Below, one piece after another: positions 1 to 15,924 of a stretch of 64,000 nt of DNA; within the stretch, counting starts at the first letter, position 1, and every line of letters starts with the position of its first letter. The stretch is from the human T2T-CHM13v2.0 reference genome, Homo sapiens. Both the position numbers and the translations under genes were made by a program. Location of the stretch: NCBI RefSeq assembly GCF_009914755.1, contig NC_060934.1, one strand, 5' to 3'. The notes under the pieces are model-generated. The model was not told where the DNA came from. It did no database searches and saw only the letters and a list, made by a program, of their open reading frames with translations.

Positions 1-736
1 CCACCCTGGCCTCAAATTAACACAAAGCAAAACACAAAATCTAGAAACAAGCTAGTTCAGAGTCCAAAGAAGTACACTCCTTTGGTATGGACACCTGGGG
101 ACCTGGTTTCTGGGGAAGAGATGGCATCGATAGGAGCTCTAGCGGGAGCAGAACCAAGACACAAAGTGTTTCTCCCAGAGGTGGCCAGCCCCACAGCTCC
201 AGACCTAGAGCAAGGGCAGCAAGCTGGGGGATCTAGGGGGTGTCTTCCCTAGTCAGAACTCACCAAGGGGCCAGACTAAGAACCTTTAGGTAGTGTGGCA
301 AGTTTAACTGATGTTTCTTGGGATAAGCAAAGTGGGAAGATGCTGAAAACACTCCCTTCACACCCTTGGGGCTTTAGTGGCTAAAAACAAAAAAACTACA
401 GAAATGGATGATGTGGAAAGCTACTCTAGTATTTAATGTATTTCCTGAGTTAACTGTAACTAGAAGTTAACTATGGACAAGCTTGGTTATTTCAATGGAT
501 CTTAAACTTTCAACAGAACTTTTGTACTGGGTTAGATGGTAGAGATTCTTCTCTTGAATATAATAGCCTATCCGTTTTTATGGAGTGCAATTAGGGGCAG
601 GTAGTATGTTAACAAGCCTGGCTGTTGGAAAAAGGCTGGAAATTCCTCAGAAATAAAATATTTCTTAAATATATGCTTCCCTTCACCTTGAGTTTTTTTT
701 TTTTTTTAAGAATCAAGTCTCTTAAATGTAAGTTAG

Positions 737-3050
737 GGAGCAATGGCAACACAAGTTGGCAGCCACCACAGGCTTGGGAGTAAAAAGGTCCCTCGCAGTT
801 TCCCATTGCTGGAAGAACATGAAGGGGGCCAGAAAAGAGGAGATGGCACAGTTAACTGGGGTCTGGAAGATGACAAAGACATGTCACTTACAGGATGGAC
901 AGGAATGATGACTGGGCCTCCGAGAATAATTTATGAAAACCAAATATCCAGCCTTAAAGTAGAATGTGGACCTAAATACCCAGAAGCACCCGCTCTGTAA
1001 GATTTGTAATGAAAATTAATATGGAGTTAATAGTTCCAATGGAGTGGTGGGCCCAAGATCCATATCAGTGCTAGCAAAATGGCAGAATTCTTAAAGCATC
1101 AAAGTTGTCCTGCAAGAGCTTTGGCGCCCAACGATATCTAAAGAAAATATGAAAACTCCCTTAGCCTCCTGAAGGACAATGTTACAGCAATTAATCAAAA
1201 AGAAAAACCACAGGCCCTTCCCTTCCCCACAATTCAATTTAAGGAGTCTTCATTTTCCACAGTAAATTTTCTAGATATGTCTTGAAGACCTCAAAGTACT
1301 GGAAAAGAAGCTCCCATTCAAAGGAAATTTATCTTAAGATACTAAATGATACTAATTTTTTGTCCATTTGAAATATGTAAATTGTGCTATAATAAGTTAT
1401 CCTGTCAAGTGTAACCACTGTCCACGTAGTTGAAATTCTGGGATCAAGAAAGTATATTTAAATTGACTCCCATCATAACTGGTGGGGCACATCTAACTGT
1501 GAAAAGACACATCACACAATCACCTTTCTGTTGATTACATGGCCTGGGCTCTCTGCCTTCTCTCCTTGCCCCTCCCCCCAGCTCGTACCCTCCCTGCAAC
1601 AGCCCTCTACTCTGGGGTGCTTGTTACCCTCTTGCCCTAAATCTTCCTTTCTCTTGCAAACAAATCCACAGTCTACTGAAAGCAGATTATTACATTGGAA
1701 AGGTTTCTTTACTAATTTTACACTTACTCTACAGATCTTGATTTCAGGGGATTCTTTCCAATAGTTAACTCATTAAGTTACACGGCATAATTTAAGTGTA
1801 CCAGAACTGTTAGAGCAATGGAAACCAATGCCTTGTGATGTGAAATATTCCATCACGCATGCTAACTTGATTAAATGCCATTTTAGTATCTTCTTATTGA
1901 ACATACGTAGATGTGAAGGCTTCAGGCGGCAGCCTGCTGGGTACATGGGGTGCTTTGCCTGCACCCCTGGTTTAAGTCTTAAATGATGCCCCTTCCAAGC
2001 CATCATCCTGTCCCCATGCTCTTCCACTCCTACCTTTGACTGAAGCACAGATCATAACCCCTCCACTTCCGAGACTGGCCTTCAATGAGGAATTTAGGGC
2101 TTTCTCCATATTTTCTCTTCCCCAGCTTTGAGGGGTGCTTTTTCTTCCCTCCTCCTCAAGTTCCTTTTGCACCATCACCACCCAACACTTTCCATGACAC
2201 TTCCTTGCTTTGGCCAGAAGCCATTAGGTAAGGTTGGAAAGTTTTCCTGACCTCCCTTGTTTAGTTTTGGAACCTCACTATTCACTCTCCACCAGGCTGG
2301 AAAACAAATATTGGGTCCTCAGTCCTGCCACTCTCTGCGGTCATCATCAGCTGATGCGTTGTTTTTAGCTCAGGTTTTGATAAAGTGAATTGTCTCCAGG
2401 GTTACTCAGACCTGCCAGCTCTCAAAGTCCTTGGTGGTTAAACTTGGAGAAAGACCACATGAAGACACTCATAAGCACACATAATCCCTCTGTAATATTT
2501 TTTTCTGTAATTGATTTTGCTTTTAGAAATTGAAGTTTTAAACAGGGCTGTCATTTGGTCATCCTTCCAATTCATTGGGGTCTAGTTTAAAATATGACAA
2601 TTGGAACAAAATCTTGAATCCAGTGCATATTCTGGTTTTGGCATTGCGGTTGCTTCTGAAGATCCTCAGCAGGGATTGAGACCTTGGTGTGCACAGCAGA
2701 CCCCTGAAATTGGTGGGCTTGACCTTCTGGCAAATTGCTTCGTTTTTCCACTTTCTGTTCAGGACCGCTACATGCTGAAATGTGGATGCATACAGAAATA
2801 AATGCAGTTCATTAGGTACTAAAGTTTTGTTTTTTTTAATTTGGTATTTGTGTAAATTCACCTTTTGAAGCAATAACTATCAAGTCTAAAAAGCAATTGA
2901 TGTTTCCATTAACGTTTTTCTGGGGAAAAGTTAGTTCTAAGGATTTAACATCCTGTAACTGAAGTTTAACATAACAGTATCCCATAAGCAGTCTTTTTTA
3001 TTGTCAGACTACTGCCAAATTTTAATTTTAAAAAGTGTACTTTTTTAAAA
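737..3050 (+). pseudogene. Processed pseudogene of UBE2V1 (ubiquitin-conjugating enzyme E2 variant 1): CDS remnant 756-1194 plus long 3'UTR copy
   Basis: Intronless. Translation resembles UBE2V1 ([53 protein letters not shown]). Start codon mutated to TTG (756-758), with frameshifts. Downstream sequence matches the UBE2V1 3'UTR as I recall it. TSD AAATGTAAGTTAG (724-736) / AAGTGTAAGTTAG (3051-3063), preceded by a TT|AAA L1-endonuclease-type site. Confidence 0.93.
1624..1906 (+). repeat. Local duplication, inserted copy (source 3450-3740)
   Basis: Direct alignment by eye with 3450-3740, including a 66 bp identical run (1784-1849 = 3614-3679). Confidence 0.95.
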
Positions 3051-3449
3051 AAGTGTAAGTTAGAAATTAATAACAGAGCATCTCTACGGGGCAGAAACAT
3101 CAAGTCTGGTCACACTATTCTCAGACAGTCATTAAAACTCAGCATTAGTATCAGTTAATCACAGAGGAACGCTCCTGAGTTGCTGCTCCTGAAGGAGCAG
3201 GTACTCATTCTGCATTCATTAACTTAAGCTGATTTTATTAAGAAAAAACAGACTTGGATATAAGTTCATCAGAATGGCCTTCCCATCTCATGACTGCAGG
3301 TCATACTGACCACGTGAATGGTACTTTGACATAGTTAATTGAATATAAAGGAGCCACTAAAAGCCTCTGCTCATAATTATCACCTCAAGTCACTACTCTC
3401 CTGCTACGTGGACCTAAATCAAGAACCACGGCTAGTATCTTTCCTTGAT

Positions 3450-3740
3450 TTACCCTCTTTCCCTATATCTTCCTTTCTCTTGCGAACAAATCCACAGGCT
3501 ACTGAAAGCAGACTGTTAAGTATGTTGGAAAACTTTCTTTACTAATTTTACACTTACTCTGCAGATCTTGATTTCAGGAGATTCTTTCCAATAGAGAACT
3601 CATTAAGTTATATGGCATAATTTAAGTGTACCAGAACTGTTAGAGCAATGGAAACCAATGCCTTGTGATGTGAAATATTTCATCCCACACATATTCACTT
3701 AATTGAATTAATGCTTTCAGTGTCTTCTTATTGAAAATAC
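3450..3740 (+). repeat. Local duplication, presumed donor copy
   Basis: Same orientation as 1624-1906; lies outside the retrocopy TSDs. Confidence 0.9.
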
Positions 3741-3875
3741 TTAGTTCTTTATTACTGAAGCTAGACTACATGGCAAGTGAGTTCTATAATTTTATGGAAA
3801 ATCTGAATACATCACTGGCTTATCAAATAAGAAATTTTCACATACCTATAGGCCACAGAACCTTTTGTAAAAGGC

Positions 3876-4243
3876 TGATATGGTCTGGCTCTGTGTCCCC
3901 ACTCAAATCTCATCTTGAATTGCAATCCCCATAATCCCCATGTGTCGAGGGAGGGACATGGTGGGAGGTGACTGAATCATGGGGACAGTTTCCCCCATGC
4001 TGTTCTCGTGGTAGTAAGTTCTCACAAGATCTGATGGTTTTATAAGTGTCTGCAAGTTCTTCCTCCCTCTTCTCTCTCTCACCTGCCACCATGTAAGATA
4101 TGCCTGTTTCCTCTTCCACCATGATTGTAAGTTTCCTGAGGCCTCCCCAGCAACGCAGAACTGTGAATCAATTAAACCTCTTTCCTTTATAATTACCCAG
4201 TCTGGGGCAGTTCTTTACAGCAGTGTGAAAACCAATTAATACA
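3876..4243 (+). mobile_element. THE1-family (ERVL-MaLR) solo LTR
   Basis: Typical termini TGATATGG...TAATACA and THE1 internal motifs; 5 bp TSD AAGGC/CAGGC. Confidence 0.9.
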
Positions 4244-5444
4244 CAGGCTAAGTTTTGCTGTCAATAATTTAAACAAAAATTTAAAATACAACCCAGCATT
4301 CAACTTAATCTGCTTACTATTGTTCACTGACTTCCAATCATATTGATAGAATAAAGACAACTATAGAAAGCAAAAATTCCCAGTCTAGTTAAAAAAAGGA
4401 AATTGAAGCTATTTGAATCAGTCTTGCCAACAGTCTGAAGAATCAGTCTGTTTAGCAAATGGTGCATATAAACAAATAAAGATGCCATCAAACTACAAGT
4501 TGGTAAATAGGCATTACCTATTTAATAAGTACAATATATACATAGAATCCTCTTGAAAAGTTTCATTTTATACAGAAACATATTTACAAGAAACAGTGTA
4601 ATCAAATTAAAGGTATCTGTACAATACACACACACACACATATATATATGTCCTCTGGAAGATAAACAAGTTTCATCATTGCAGTCAAAATGGATAGCGA
4701 TTTGCATTTTAGAAAAAGAATTCCATTCCAGAAGAAAAATACATCTCTAATATACAATTATATTTTTCATTTATTTTCCTAAAAATTCTCCATGTTTAGA
4801 TTACCTTTTCAATTTTTCTTTGTTCATCTTTGAAAAATTTCAGGTTTCTAGTGCCACCAACTGGTGTTAATTAAAAATCAACAATCTTGGTGTCAAAAAA
4901 AATTGCTTTTAAAAAAAGGTTATTGAAAAATAGGCTACATAAAGCATAAATGACAACATGATTTATAAAAATATTTTCACCAGGGTAGCATATATAACAA
5001 CATTTACATTATTAAGGATTCTATTTTTTTCTTTTACTGATAAATCTTGGTTTAAATTTGCATGTAACAATTTTTAGAAAATAATATACTGCAAAAGAAA
5101 GATTGGAAACATGCGTGACATGATTAATCTTTATGAGCACCAAATAGGCATTAATAATTTAATGGTAAAAAATCTAATGCCATCTTATGGTCTTTGGATT
5201 TTTTATTTTTTCTTAAATAATGAAAATCAAACTATGATAAAAGTTAGGAAACGTGCAGAACCACCAGGAAAACAGCAATTTGCTTTCAGCGTACCTTTGC
5301 AAGGATGTTCCAAAGCCTCATGTACGAGTGAGATTTCTGGGCCACTTGCACAAGTAGATAAACCCTCTTCTCAGGCCAGTTATAAAGGGCTGAGATGAGC
5401 CACAGAAGCCCAAGATCTGCTCTGATTGTCTCCTAGCTATTTTC

Positions 5445-5888
<444 letters not shown>

Positions 5889-7489
5889 ACATGTTGGTAG
5901 CCTGATAAAATTTAATTTCAAGCTAAATCGCTTTAAATGGTTATGAAGATAGAAAGTAAAAACAAAAAAACCCCATCAAAGTTCAAATTCATTCTTCTGC
6001 CCAAACCTACCATTTTCAGTCCTTAAAACTAAACAGGCTAAAGTCTGAAGTGGTATGGGGAAAATGGAGTCATGGCAAATATTCACTTCAAAATTAAAAC
6101 CTATTGAAGTGTATACATATACATACACAGAAAAAATCACTTCCAGCTCAAATAAACCACAATATTGATACATAACCAAAACAGCCTTGATATGTAACAA
6201 CCAATAATGAACATATAAAACAAACTTCCCCCCAGGTCTCAGATTTATCCAGATCATTTTCCTTTTCCAGATACCCCATTCTCCTCACCATATATTCAGA
6301 GGGCAGAAGGCCCTCTAAATCCTTACATCAGGAGCTGTCTGTGAATTAGTATAGAGATAAGTATCTCTGATACATGTAATTACTTTGCTCAGTCCTGATC
6401 CATATACAAAAGCACACTGTAGACAGTGAAGAACAGAAGAAAACTAAAGCATTTTCTTTAAAAAATTTCCAGTTTCTAAAATGTATAAGGCAAAACAGGT
6501 AATAGAGTCAAAATATTGTTTGTAATACTTTTCTTCTAAAATTTTCTCATTAAACTTCTCCAAGTAGATGGTAGCACAAATATTAATACTGGAGTGTGCA
6601 TTTTTGTCTAAAATGTATATACATTTTAAAGTGTATAGGCATAGGATACTATGGATCAGATCACTATTTGGTCTCCATTATACATTTTGTGCCTTGGGGA
6701 AAAAAATCCAAATATTGTAGTTTATGAACCTGTATCATAAGAAACTAGAAAAATTTAGTTATGTTGCCTACTCAAAGTAGTCTTTAGGAGTGTTAAGTAG
6801 TGTGTCTAGAAACAAATAGTAAAATAATTCAGATTTGATTGCACTTTCCCTCTTATTTTGATAAATTATTATTGGTAAAAAGAACAAGACACATTATGTT
6901 AAGACTAATACTTTTTATAACTATTCTAAAAATAAAACATCTTTGAACATATATTTTCATTTTGAAGTGAAAAGATATTTTTTTTGGGATAACATCTAAT
7001 TCAATATATAGAAAAAAAGACATTCATTAAATAATCTAATCCTTAGTAAATTATTTTTAAACGATGTTGATTAAAAAATGTTAAAACACATTAAAAGGAT
7101 ATTGCCACCATGAGCCCAACTTTTAGAGCCCAAACAATTCTTTACAGGCTTTTAATCCATCATCCCAAAACTTAATTCCCTTAATGGGAGAAAAAGGGAT
7201 GCAAAAATCCAAACCAAACAAGGCTTGCTGCAATATCTGCATAAGAGCCACGGTATCTTATTATAGTAATGATCTGAAGATAATGAATTATGAAAAATCA
7301 TGCTCAGAAATTGTAAGTGAGAAATAATAAGGGGTGAGAAAAAATTCAATGACAGAAATATTGATACTACGGCAACACTTAAGTGTCTATCTTAAACACT
7401 GTAAAAAATCCAACAAGATAGAAAAATTTGGCTCTAAAATTAAGTTCCTTTGGTTACAGATATATACTTATTTTAGGTATGTGTGAGGT

Positions 7490-7788
7490 TTTTTGTTTTA
7501 AGAGACAGGGTCTTGCTCTGTTGCCTAGGCTGGAGTGCAGTGACACGATCATGGCTCACCTGCAGCCTTGACCTCCTGTGCTCAAGTGATTCTACCGCTT
7601 CAGCCTCCCGAGTAGCTGGAACCATAGGCATGCACCACCATGCCTGGATAATCTTTTAAAATTTCTTTGTAGAGATGGGGGTCTCGCTATGTTGCCAAGG
7701 CTGGTCTTAAACTCCTGGCCTCAGGTAATCCTCCTGCCTTGGCTTCCCAAAGTGCTGGGATTACAGGCGTGAGCTACTGCACCTGGTC
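7490..7788 (-). mobile_element. AluJ-like element in the 3'UTR
   Basis: Alu dimer consensus match. Confidence 0.9.
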
Positions 7789-8780
7789 TACTTTATGTTT
7801 TAAATAAATACACTGAAACATCACATTTGGGGGAACTGTATGATCACTCCACTATAATACATAATTAATATATCCATGGTAAAGAATGGTGCTCAAATGA
7901 AATAGTTTATAGTGCCATATGCTGGTTTCTTTTGGAAGCTGGTTCTTCATATTATCTTTACACAAGGTCAGTAAAACTAAAGTATTTCAGTTTCAAAGAA
8001 CTATTCTCTCTGTTCTAATGATTGGATCCATTTCACAATTTAAAATATAAGTAAACACAGGAATTTTCTAAATTAATATGTAATTTAAAATCATATTTTA
8101 AGTAACTAAAAACTTTAAAAATTCAACCATTAACTCAAACAATCAGAATCTGAAAAAATGTACCTAAAACAGATAAGAAAACCTGACAGAGGCAAACAAT
8201 GCCTGATCATTGCTAGTTACCAAGAGCTAGCTTTCCTATTAAGTTCAGCTTTCATTAAAACTGAAATTAAAAGATTTAAATATTCATACACATCCCTAAA
8301 ACTCACCCGATATGCTGGAGTGTAAAAATAAACATTTTTATCATTTGTTTTAGTTGTCTTGATGTTGGAGAAATAGCGTATTACTGAATGTTTACCACCT
8401 GTTTTCATGCATAATTTTTAAAAGGTGAGTCATTTTTGACATTACATATTTTAAAGGGAAGAAATATGAACAAAGGGTTTTTTATAAAAGCCCTTGTAAT
8501 GTTCAACACTTCTTATGAATACAAGCAAATTAAGTTGTTTAGATTCAATGACAGGCTGTCATATTGCACCATACAAAAACAAATTTCATCAAAGCTTTCA
8601 GTCTTACAGTATATACAGCAATGCATTCATATTGTAAAAGGGTATTTTTTTGTGTACAGATGAAGCAAAACAATATTTTTACTGGCTGAAACAAAAAGTG
8701 GAACAAAGTCTCCAACAATAGAGGTCAGTGGCACCTACTCCTGTGTGGCTTTTGTCTCTTTACTGAGCAAGAGGCTTGTT

Positions 8781-8936
<156 letters not shown>

Positions 8937-9400
8937 CTATTTTTTGCCTAAATTTTGGAAATGAAAGAGTGGTTAGTCCTAAATGCTATGTCAGATAAAC
9001 TAGTGACACACAGCTGTTTTCAGTAAAGTACTCCTGTCCATTTCAAAGTAACACTCAAACTTTCTACTGAAGCTACAGCAATTTTTAATGCATAAAATGA
9101 TTACTTACTATTACTGATTTTAAAATTATTTTTAAACTAACTACTAATTTTCAAGGCCCACCCACAGCAAAAATAAAATATTAACTGCAAAAAATAAAAT
9201 AAAGCTGAAAAATAAATCAGAAATGTCATAATCTTAAAAAATTATTTTAGCAATCAAAACTAATTATATGTCAAAGCCCATCCAATGCAAATTTAATGAC
9301 ATCTTAGTGTCTGTCAAATACAAAATTAATTTTTGCTATTTTTCATCTTTCCTAATATAAAAAACTATACTTTTTAAAAAGAGAAAATCACGAAACTTCA

Positions 9401-9784
<384 letters not shown>

Positions 9785-9994
9785 TTAAAAAAAATGGAAT
9801 CTGCAAAAGTCAACTAATCATAAAGATAAGCATAAAATAAATATTAGGTTAATAACCTAACTATATTAGAAAAGAATTCTCCTTATTCAGATGGTTTCTT
9901 AAACTATCTCATTTTTGTTCTATTGTAGCATTCGGAGTAAAGACATATAAACATTGCTTTTCTATTTCTTTCCTTATTAATCAAAAGTTGAGCT

Positions 9995-10291
9995 TTTTTG
10001 TTTGTTTTTAAAGAGATAAGGTCTCATTTTGTCACCCAGGCTGGAGTGCAGTGACACAAACATAGCTCGCTGCAGCCTCCACTGCATCGGCTCAAGCGAT
10101 CCTCCTGCCTCAGCCTTCTGAGCAGCTAGGACCACAGACATGTACCACCATGCCTGAATAATTTTTTTTTTGAGATGGGGTCTTGCTATGTTGCTCAGGC
10201 TGGTTGACCTCCTAGCCTCAAGCAATCCTCCTGCCTCGGCCTCCGGCCTCCCAAAGTGCTGGGATTACAGGTGTGAGACACCATACCTAGC
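9995..10291 (-). mobile_element. AluJ-like element
   Basis: Alu consensus match. Confidence 0.9.
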
Positions 10292-10519
10292 TGAGCAATT
10301 TCTTTATTGCTCAATTTCTGTTAATATTTTCTGTTTTCCTCTTATTAGACTTACAACTTGCTGTACTTTATGCTCTTTCTTTTAAAAGTCACAGGCAAAC
10401 TTTCCTATAAGTCTAAAATTATTTCAAAATAAAAATTAAAAAGTCATTGGAAAAGGCCCACAATATAAAAAAACTTTTATTTACATAAAACAGAATTTGT
10501 GAGAGGAATTTGGCGCAGC

Positions 10520-10730
10520 ACTCCTGAGTTACTCAGAGCTGGGTTTGGATCTCCAGCTCTAGGTCTGTCACACAGGGGATGAACGGTGACCCTGGAACAT
10601 TTAGTGATGTGACCTGAGCCCCACTTATCTGCAAAATTAGAGAACTCACGCACTGAGTGGTTGTAAGCAATCAATGAGATACCGCCAAGCCACAGGCACA
10701 GCGCCTTGTACTACTAGGTACTCAATAAAT
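10520..10730 (+). mobile_element. MIR fragment
   Basis: MIR core-like (GGATCTCCAGCTCT...TCTGCAAAAT...GGTACTCAATAAAT). Confidence 0.55.
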
Positions 10731-11082
10731 TATCCCACTACATCCTACCCAACAGGAAAAAAAATCCACAACCCCATATATACCTCTTAGAGCCACAGTC
10801 ATGAAAATAAAAAGCTAAGTAAAGCATTATCTTTTTAAAATCTAAAGTTGTTTAAGTATCTTAAAAATATTAACACTGACTGAACTCTCTATCACCTTAA
10901 AGGAAAGACGTGTTTTATTTCATCTTAGTATTCACAAAACCTAGAACATAATAGGTGACCATAAAAGACTGGGAACTGAATAACTATAATTATTTTTTGA
11001 AAGATAGGTTCTTGATATGACTAATTTTAAAAACAGTAACTTTGCTATATGAGTAACGGTATTTTGAAGACCGATCATGCTA

Positions 11083-11343
<261 letters not shown>

Positions 11344-11659
11344 TTAATCTAACATCACCTCTCATCTCATATATTACTTATTCCAGCATCATTTCAAATA
11401 TTCACTCTAACAGAGTTGGACACAGAAGACAACACAGGTCAACGTGGCTGAGGTTCTGGTTTCTGAATATACTGGTGACAGAAGTACCAACAGGGTCTAT
11501 ACTGTATCTCTCAGGAAGTGGTAATAGAGCAACAAGGATCTCAAAAAGAATAACAAGTCTAAAGTGAGACCAAAATTAAACTATAACAGAACAAAGCAGA
11601 GAGGAGGAGGAAGGGAGGAGAGGAACAGAGGTATGAGAGGAGACAGAAAAAGAGAGGTT

Positions 11660-12330
11660 AGAATATAGTGGGTTAAGCTCTGAGGACAGCCTGTCTAGGT
11701 TCAAATACTACTCCTCTACTTACTAACTGTGTGACTTTGGACAAGGTATTTAATTTTCTGTGCCTTGGTTATGTCATCTTAAAATGGCATAAATGATATT
11801 ATTTACCTCACAGGATTGTTATCCTCATTTAAATGAATACATGTGAAATGCTTAGAAAAAGGCATATAGTAAGCATTATGTAGTGTTAGGTATTACTTTT
11901 ACCAACATCAATGAGAAGAATCTGATCCTCTTTACCCTACAAAGATTAGTTTTTTCCAATCCGATTTTATAGCTTTAAGTAATATATCTTATCCAAAGTT
12001 ATATAATGAATAAATGGCAGAGCTGGGATCTAAATACATGTCTATAATTTCAAATCCATGTTCTTTCTACTACACATTTTTTCCCACTATTGTAACAACT
12101 GATGATGGTTTTCTCCTAATGTGCAACCTCTGGGAGGCAATATAGTGTACTGCCAAGCAAGGACTGTGGAGTCAAAGAGTTCTCACTGTGGATTTTGGGT
12201 GAATCATGCAGCCTCTCTGAATCTTGGTTTCCTTATCTGTAAAATGGGAATTATAATACCTACCTCACATGAATTTTTTGCAGGGTAAATGGTATGTTTC
12301 AAGTGCTTAGCATGGTTCTTGGCATTCCAA
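11660..12330. mobile_element. MIR fragment cluster
   Basis: MIR cores such as CTGTGTGACTTTGGACAAG and TTTCCTTATCTGTAAAATGGG. Confidence 0.65.
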
Positions 12331-12531
12331 AAAAAGACACAAACACTGATATTTTGCTAATTATCATTTTCACAATGGGTTCAATCATAATTTTATAGAC
12401 TCTACCCATTTTTACTTTAGGACATAGGTATATCATGAGAAAAACTAAAAGATGTAAAAATATATACATGTGCACATATATGTAAAAATCTGATACACAA
12501 TGATGACATCTTCATTTGTTCTTGGGTGTTA

Positions 12532-12980
<449 letters not shown>

Positions 12981-13172
12981 CAACGAATAAAAAAGAAGGT
13001 AGGGAGACAGATCATCACATAGAACCCCATGACAAATCTGAAACCCCAGGTCATGAGTAGAACTTAAATATTTAACCAGAAACATTTTTTACAATATAAT
13101 TATATATAACCACAATTTTTCATACTTCAAAATGAAACAAAGCATATCAATACTTTTTAAAATAAAAAATGC

Positions 13173-13467
13173 TATTTATTTATTTATTTTTTGAGACAGA
13201 GTCTTGCTCTGTTGCCCAGGCTGGAGTGCAGTGATGCGATCTCAGCTCACTGCAACTTCCACCTCCAAGTGATTCTCGTGCCTCAGCCTCCCGAGTAGCT
13301 GGGATTGCAGGCGTGAGCTACCACACTCAGCTGATTTTTGTATTTTTAGTAGAGACGGGGTTTCTCCATGTTGGCCAGACTGGTCTTGAACTTCTGACCT
13401 CAGGTGATCCACTCATCTCGTCCTCCCAAAGTGCTGGGATTACAGGTGTGAGCCATCACACCTGGCC
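13173..13467 (-). mobile_element. AluS-like element
   Basis: Alu consensus; TSD AAAATGCTATTTATTT. Confidence 0.9.
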
Positions 13468-13496
13468 AAAAATGCTATTTATTTTTATATCAATCA

Positions 13497-13658
<162 letters not shown>

Positions 13659-14764
13659 CTACCATCTCTGACTTTAATTGCTAAAATCACTGAGGCAAAA
13701 ATGGCATAGACAAGAGAAAGTTCTTGAATACATACTTTAGGCAGAGGGCTATGTCATTCATATAAAATGTCATTTGGAAATGTAAAAGTCAAGTACAAAA
13801 TATACAGAAACAACATTATAACTGACACTGGCATCACTTAATTACAGTGGAGTTAACTTTTTAAAGTATTGAAAGATTTAGAAGTTCCTTACAGTACCAG
13901 AAATTTCTTCCAAATTTCCCTTCAATTACATCTATAAAAACAAACTAAACTCTATGGCAAATATCTGAATATATTTGTATTAAGTAAATGCTAAGTCCCT
14001 TTTAGCTTATTACTATATTTCACCCTATTTTAACACAAATAAAGCCGTGAGAAATAGTAGAGAATAGGAGGTTGAAATACGTGTCTTATTTATTTTTGTA
14101 TCCCAAGCATATAGCACAGACACCCAATGACTGTATGACTTTTTAAAAGAAAGAAATCTGGAATCCAGTTCAGCAGTCAATTGTTATGTCTGGGTAATTT
14201 ATAACTTTCTGGGGTCTGTTTCTTGAAACCCAGGTGAAGAGTTAAGTCGCAACGATTTCCAAGTCAGAGGACGCATCTCGGGTATCTGCACCCTAGATGC
14301 CGGTAGCCTAGATGCAGCACAAAAGAAATCACAGGAATGTAAAAGAAGATATCAGAACTGCTATTTATACTGATATTTAAAAATAGATTATTTTAAATTT
14401 CTATTTTTCATATGTTCTAATATATATAAAAGACTAACACATGTTTAAAATGTATAAATAAACATATCTAAATTGGATAACAAATGCCTAAGCACTTTTT
14501 ATTGACAGGAGTATGTGATCAAAAGTTTAGATACTAATGCCCTAACATTGCTTTCCCAATTCTCATGTTTTGTGATTCTGTGAGTAAATGTCCTTTAGCA
14601 TACAAGATATCCTTTAGGATAAAAGATCGGTCATGAAATTCCAAGAAGTTTAACAATTTGGTTTACTAATATTAACAAAGAAAACATACAGCTTCAATCA
14701 ATGTGGCAGAATCACAAAAAATAAAATCCTAATGATTAAAAGAAACAAACACATTCATGGTCTA

Positions 14765-15031
<267 letters not shown>

Positions 15032-15542
15032 TCAGTTTATATAACCTTAACAATCTAAGGTTCTTGACAGTGGAGATTCTTCTATTATTATTCCTTATCA
15101 GCTTTTGTTTACTTGAGCTTCTCACAGTTCTCATATAGAAAAGCAGGGGGATACATTAAGGAGAATGTCATTCTATACATACCAAGCAACATGTGATACA
15201 GGTTGTTGAATTTTTGGACTAAAGTCTCAAATCATTTTTATGAGTAACTTGAAGACACTCTCATAAATTATAAAAATAGAAATTTAAAGTACCTTTTAAA
15301 AATATACAGTGATTCTAGTCAGGAAGGACACAAACCAGTTTTCTCATTTTCAAAAGTAAAATATTATTCATAATCATTTTAGGAAGAAATTTTATTATAA
15401 ATTATAACAGTTGAGGAAAAACTGACATTTCTTACAGCAGTTGAAATTGTCAGAAAGTCAGTGTCCAGGAAAGAACTTAATTCAACTACTATTACTTTTA
15501 TACTGTTAGGGAAATTTAATTTGTGCTTGTTACGTTGTTTTA

Positions 15543-15836
<294 letters not shown>

Positions 15837-15924
15837 TTATATTTAAGAAAAAATAAACCATTAAAAGACATTAAATTAATGGTTTGGGAATTTTCATCTA
15901 GTCAAATGCTTAATAAAGGTACTT

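Noticed and set aside
743-1000. 85 aa ORF with a new ATG entering the UBE2V1 frame
   Set aside because: Chance product of a frameshift; truncated mid-UBC fold, many substitutions, no promoter evident.
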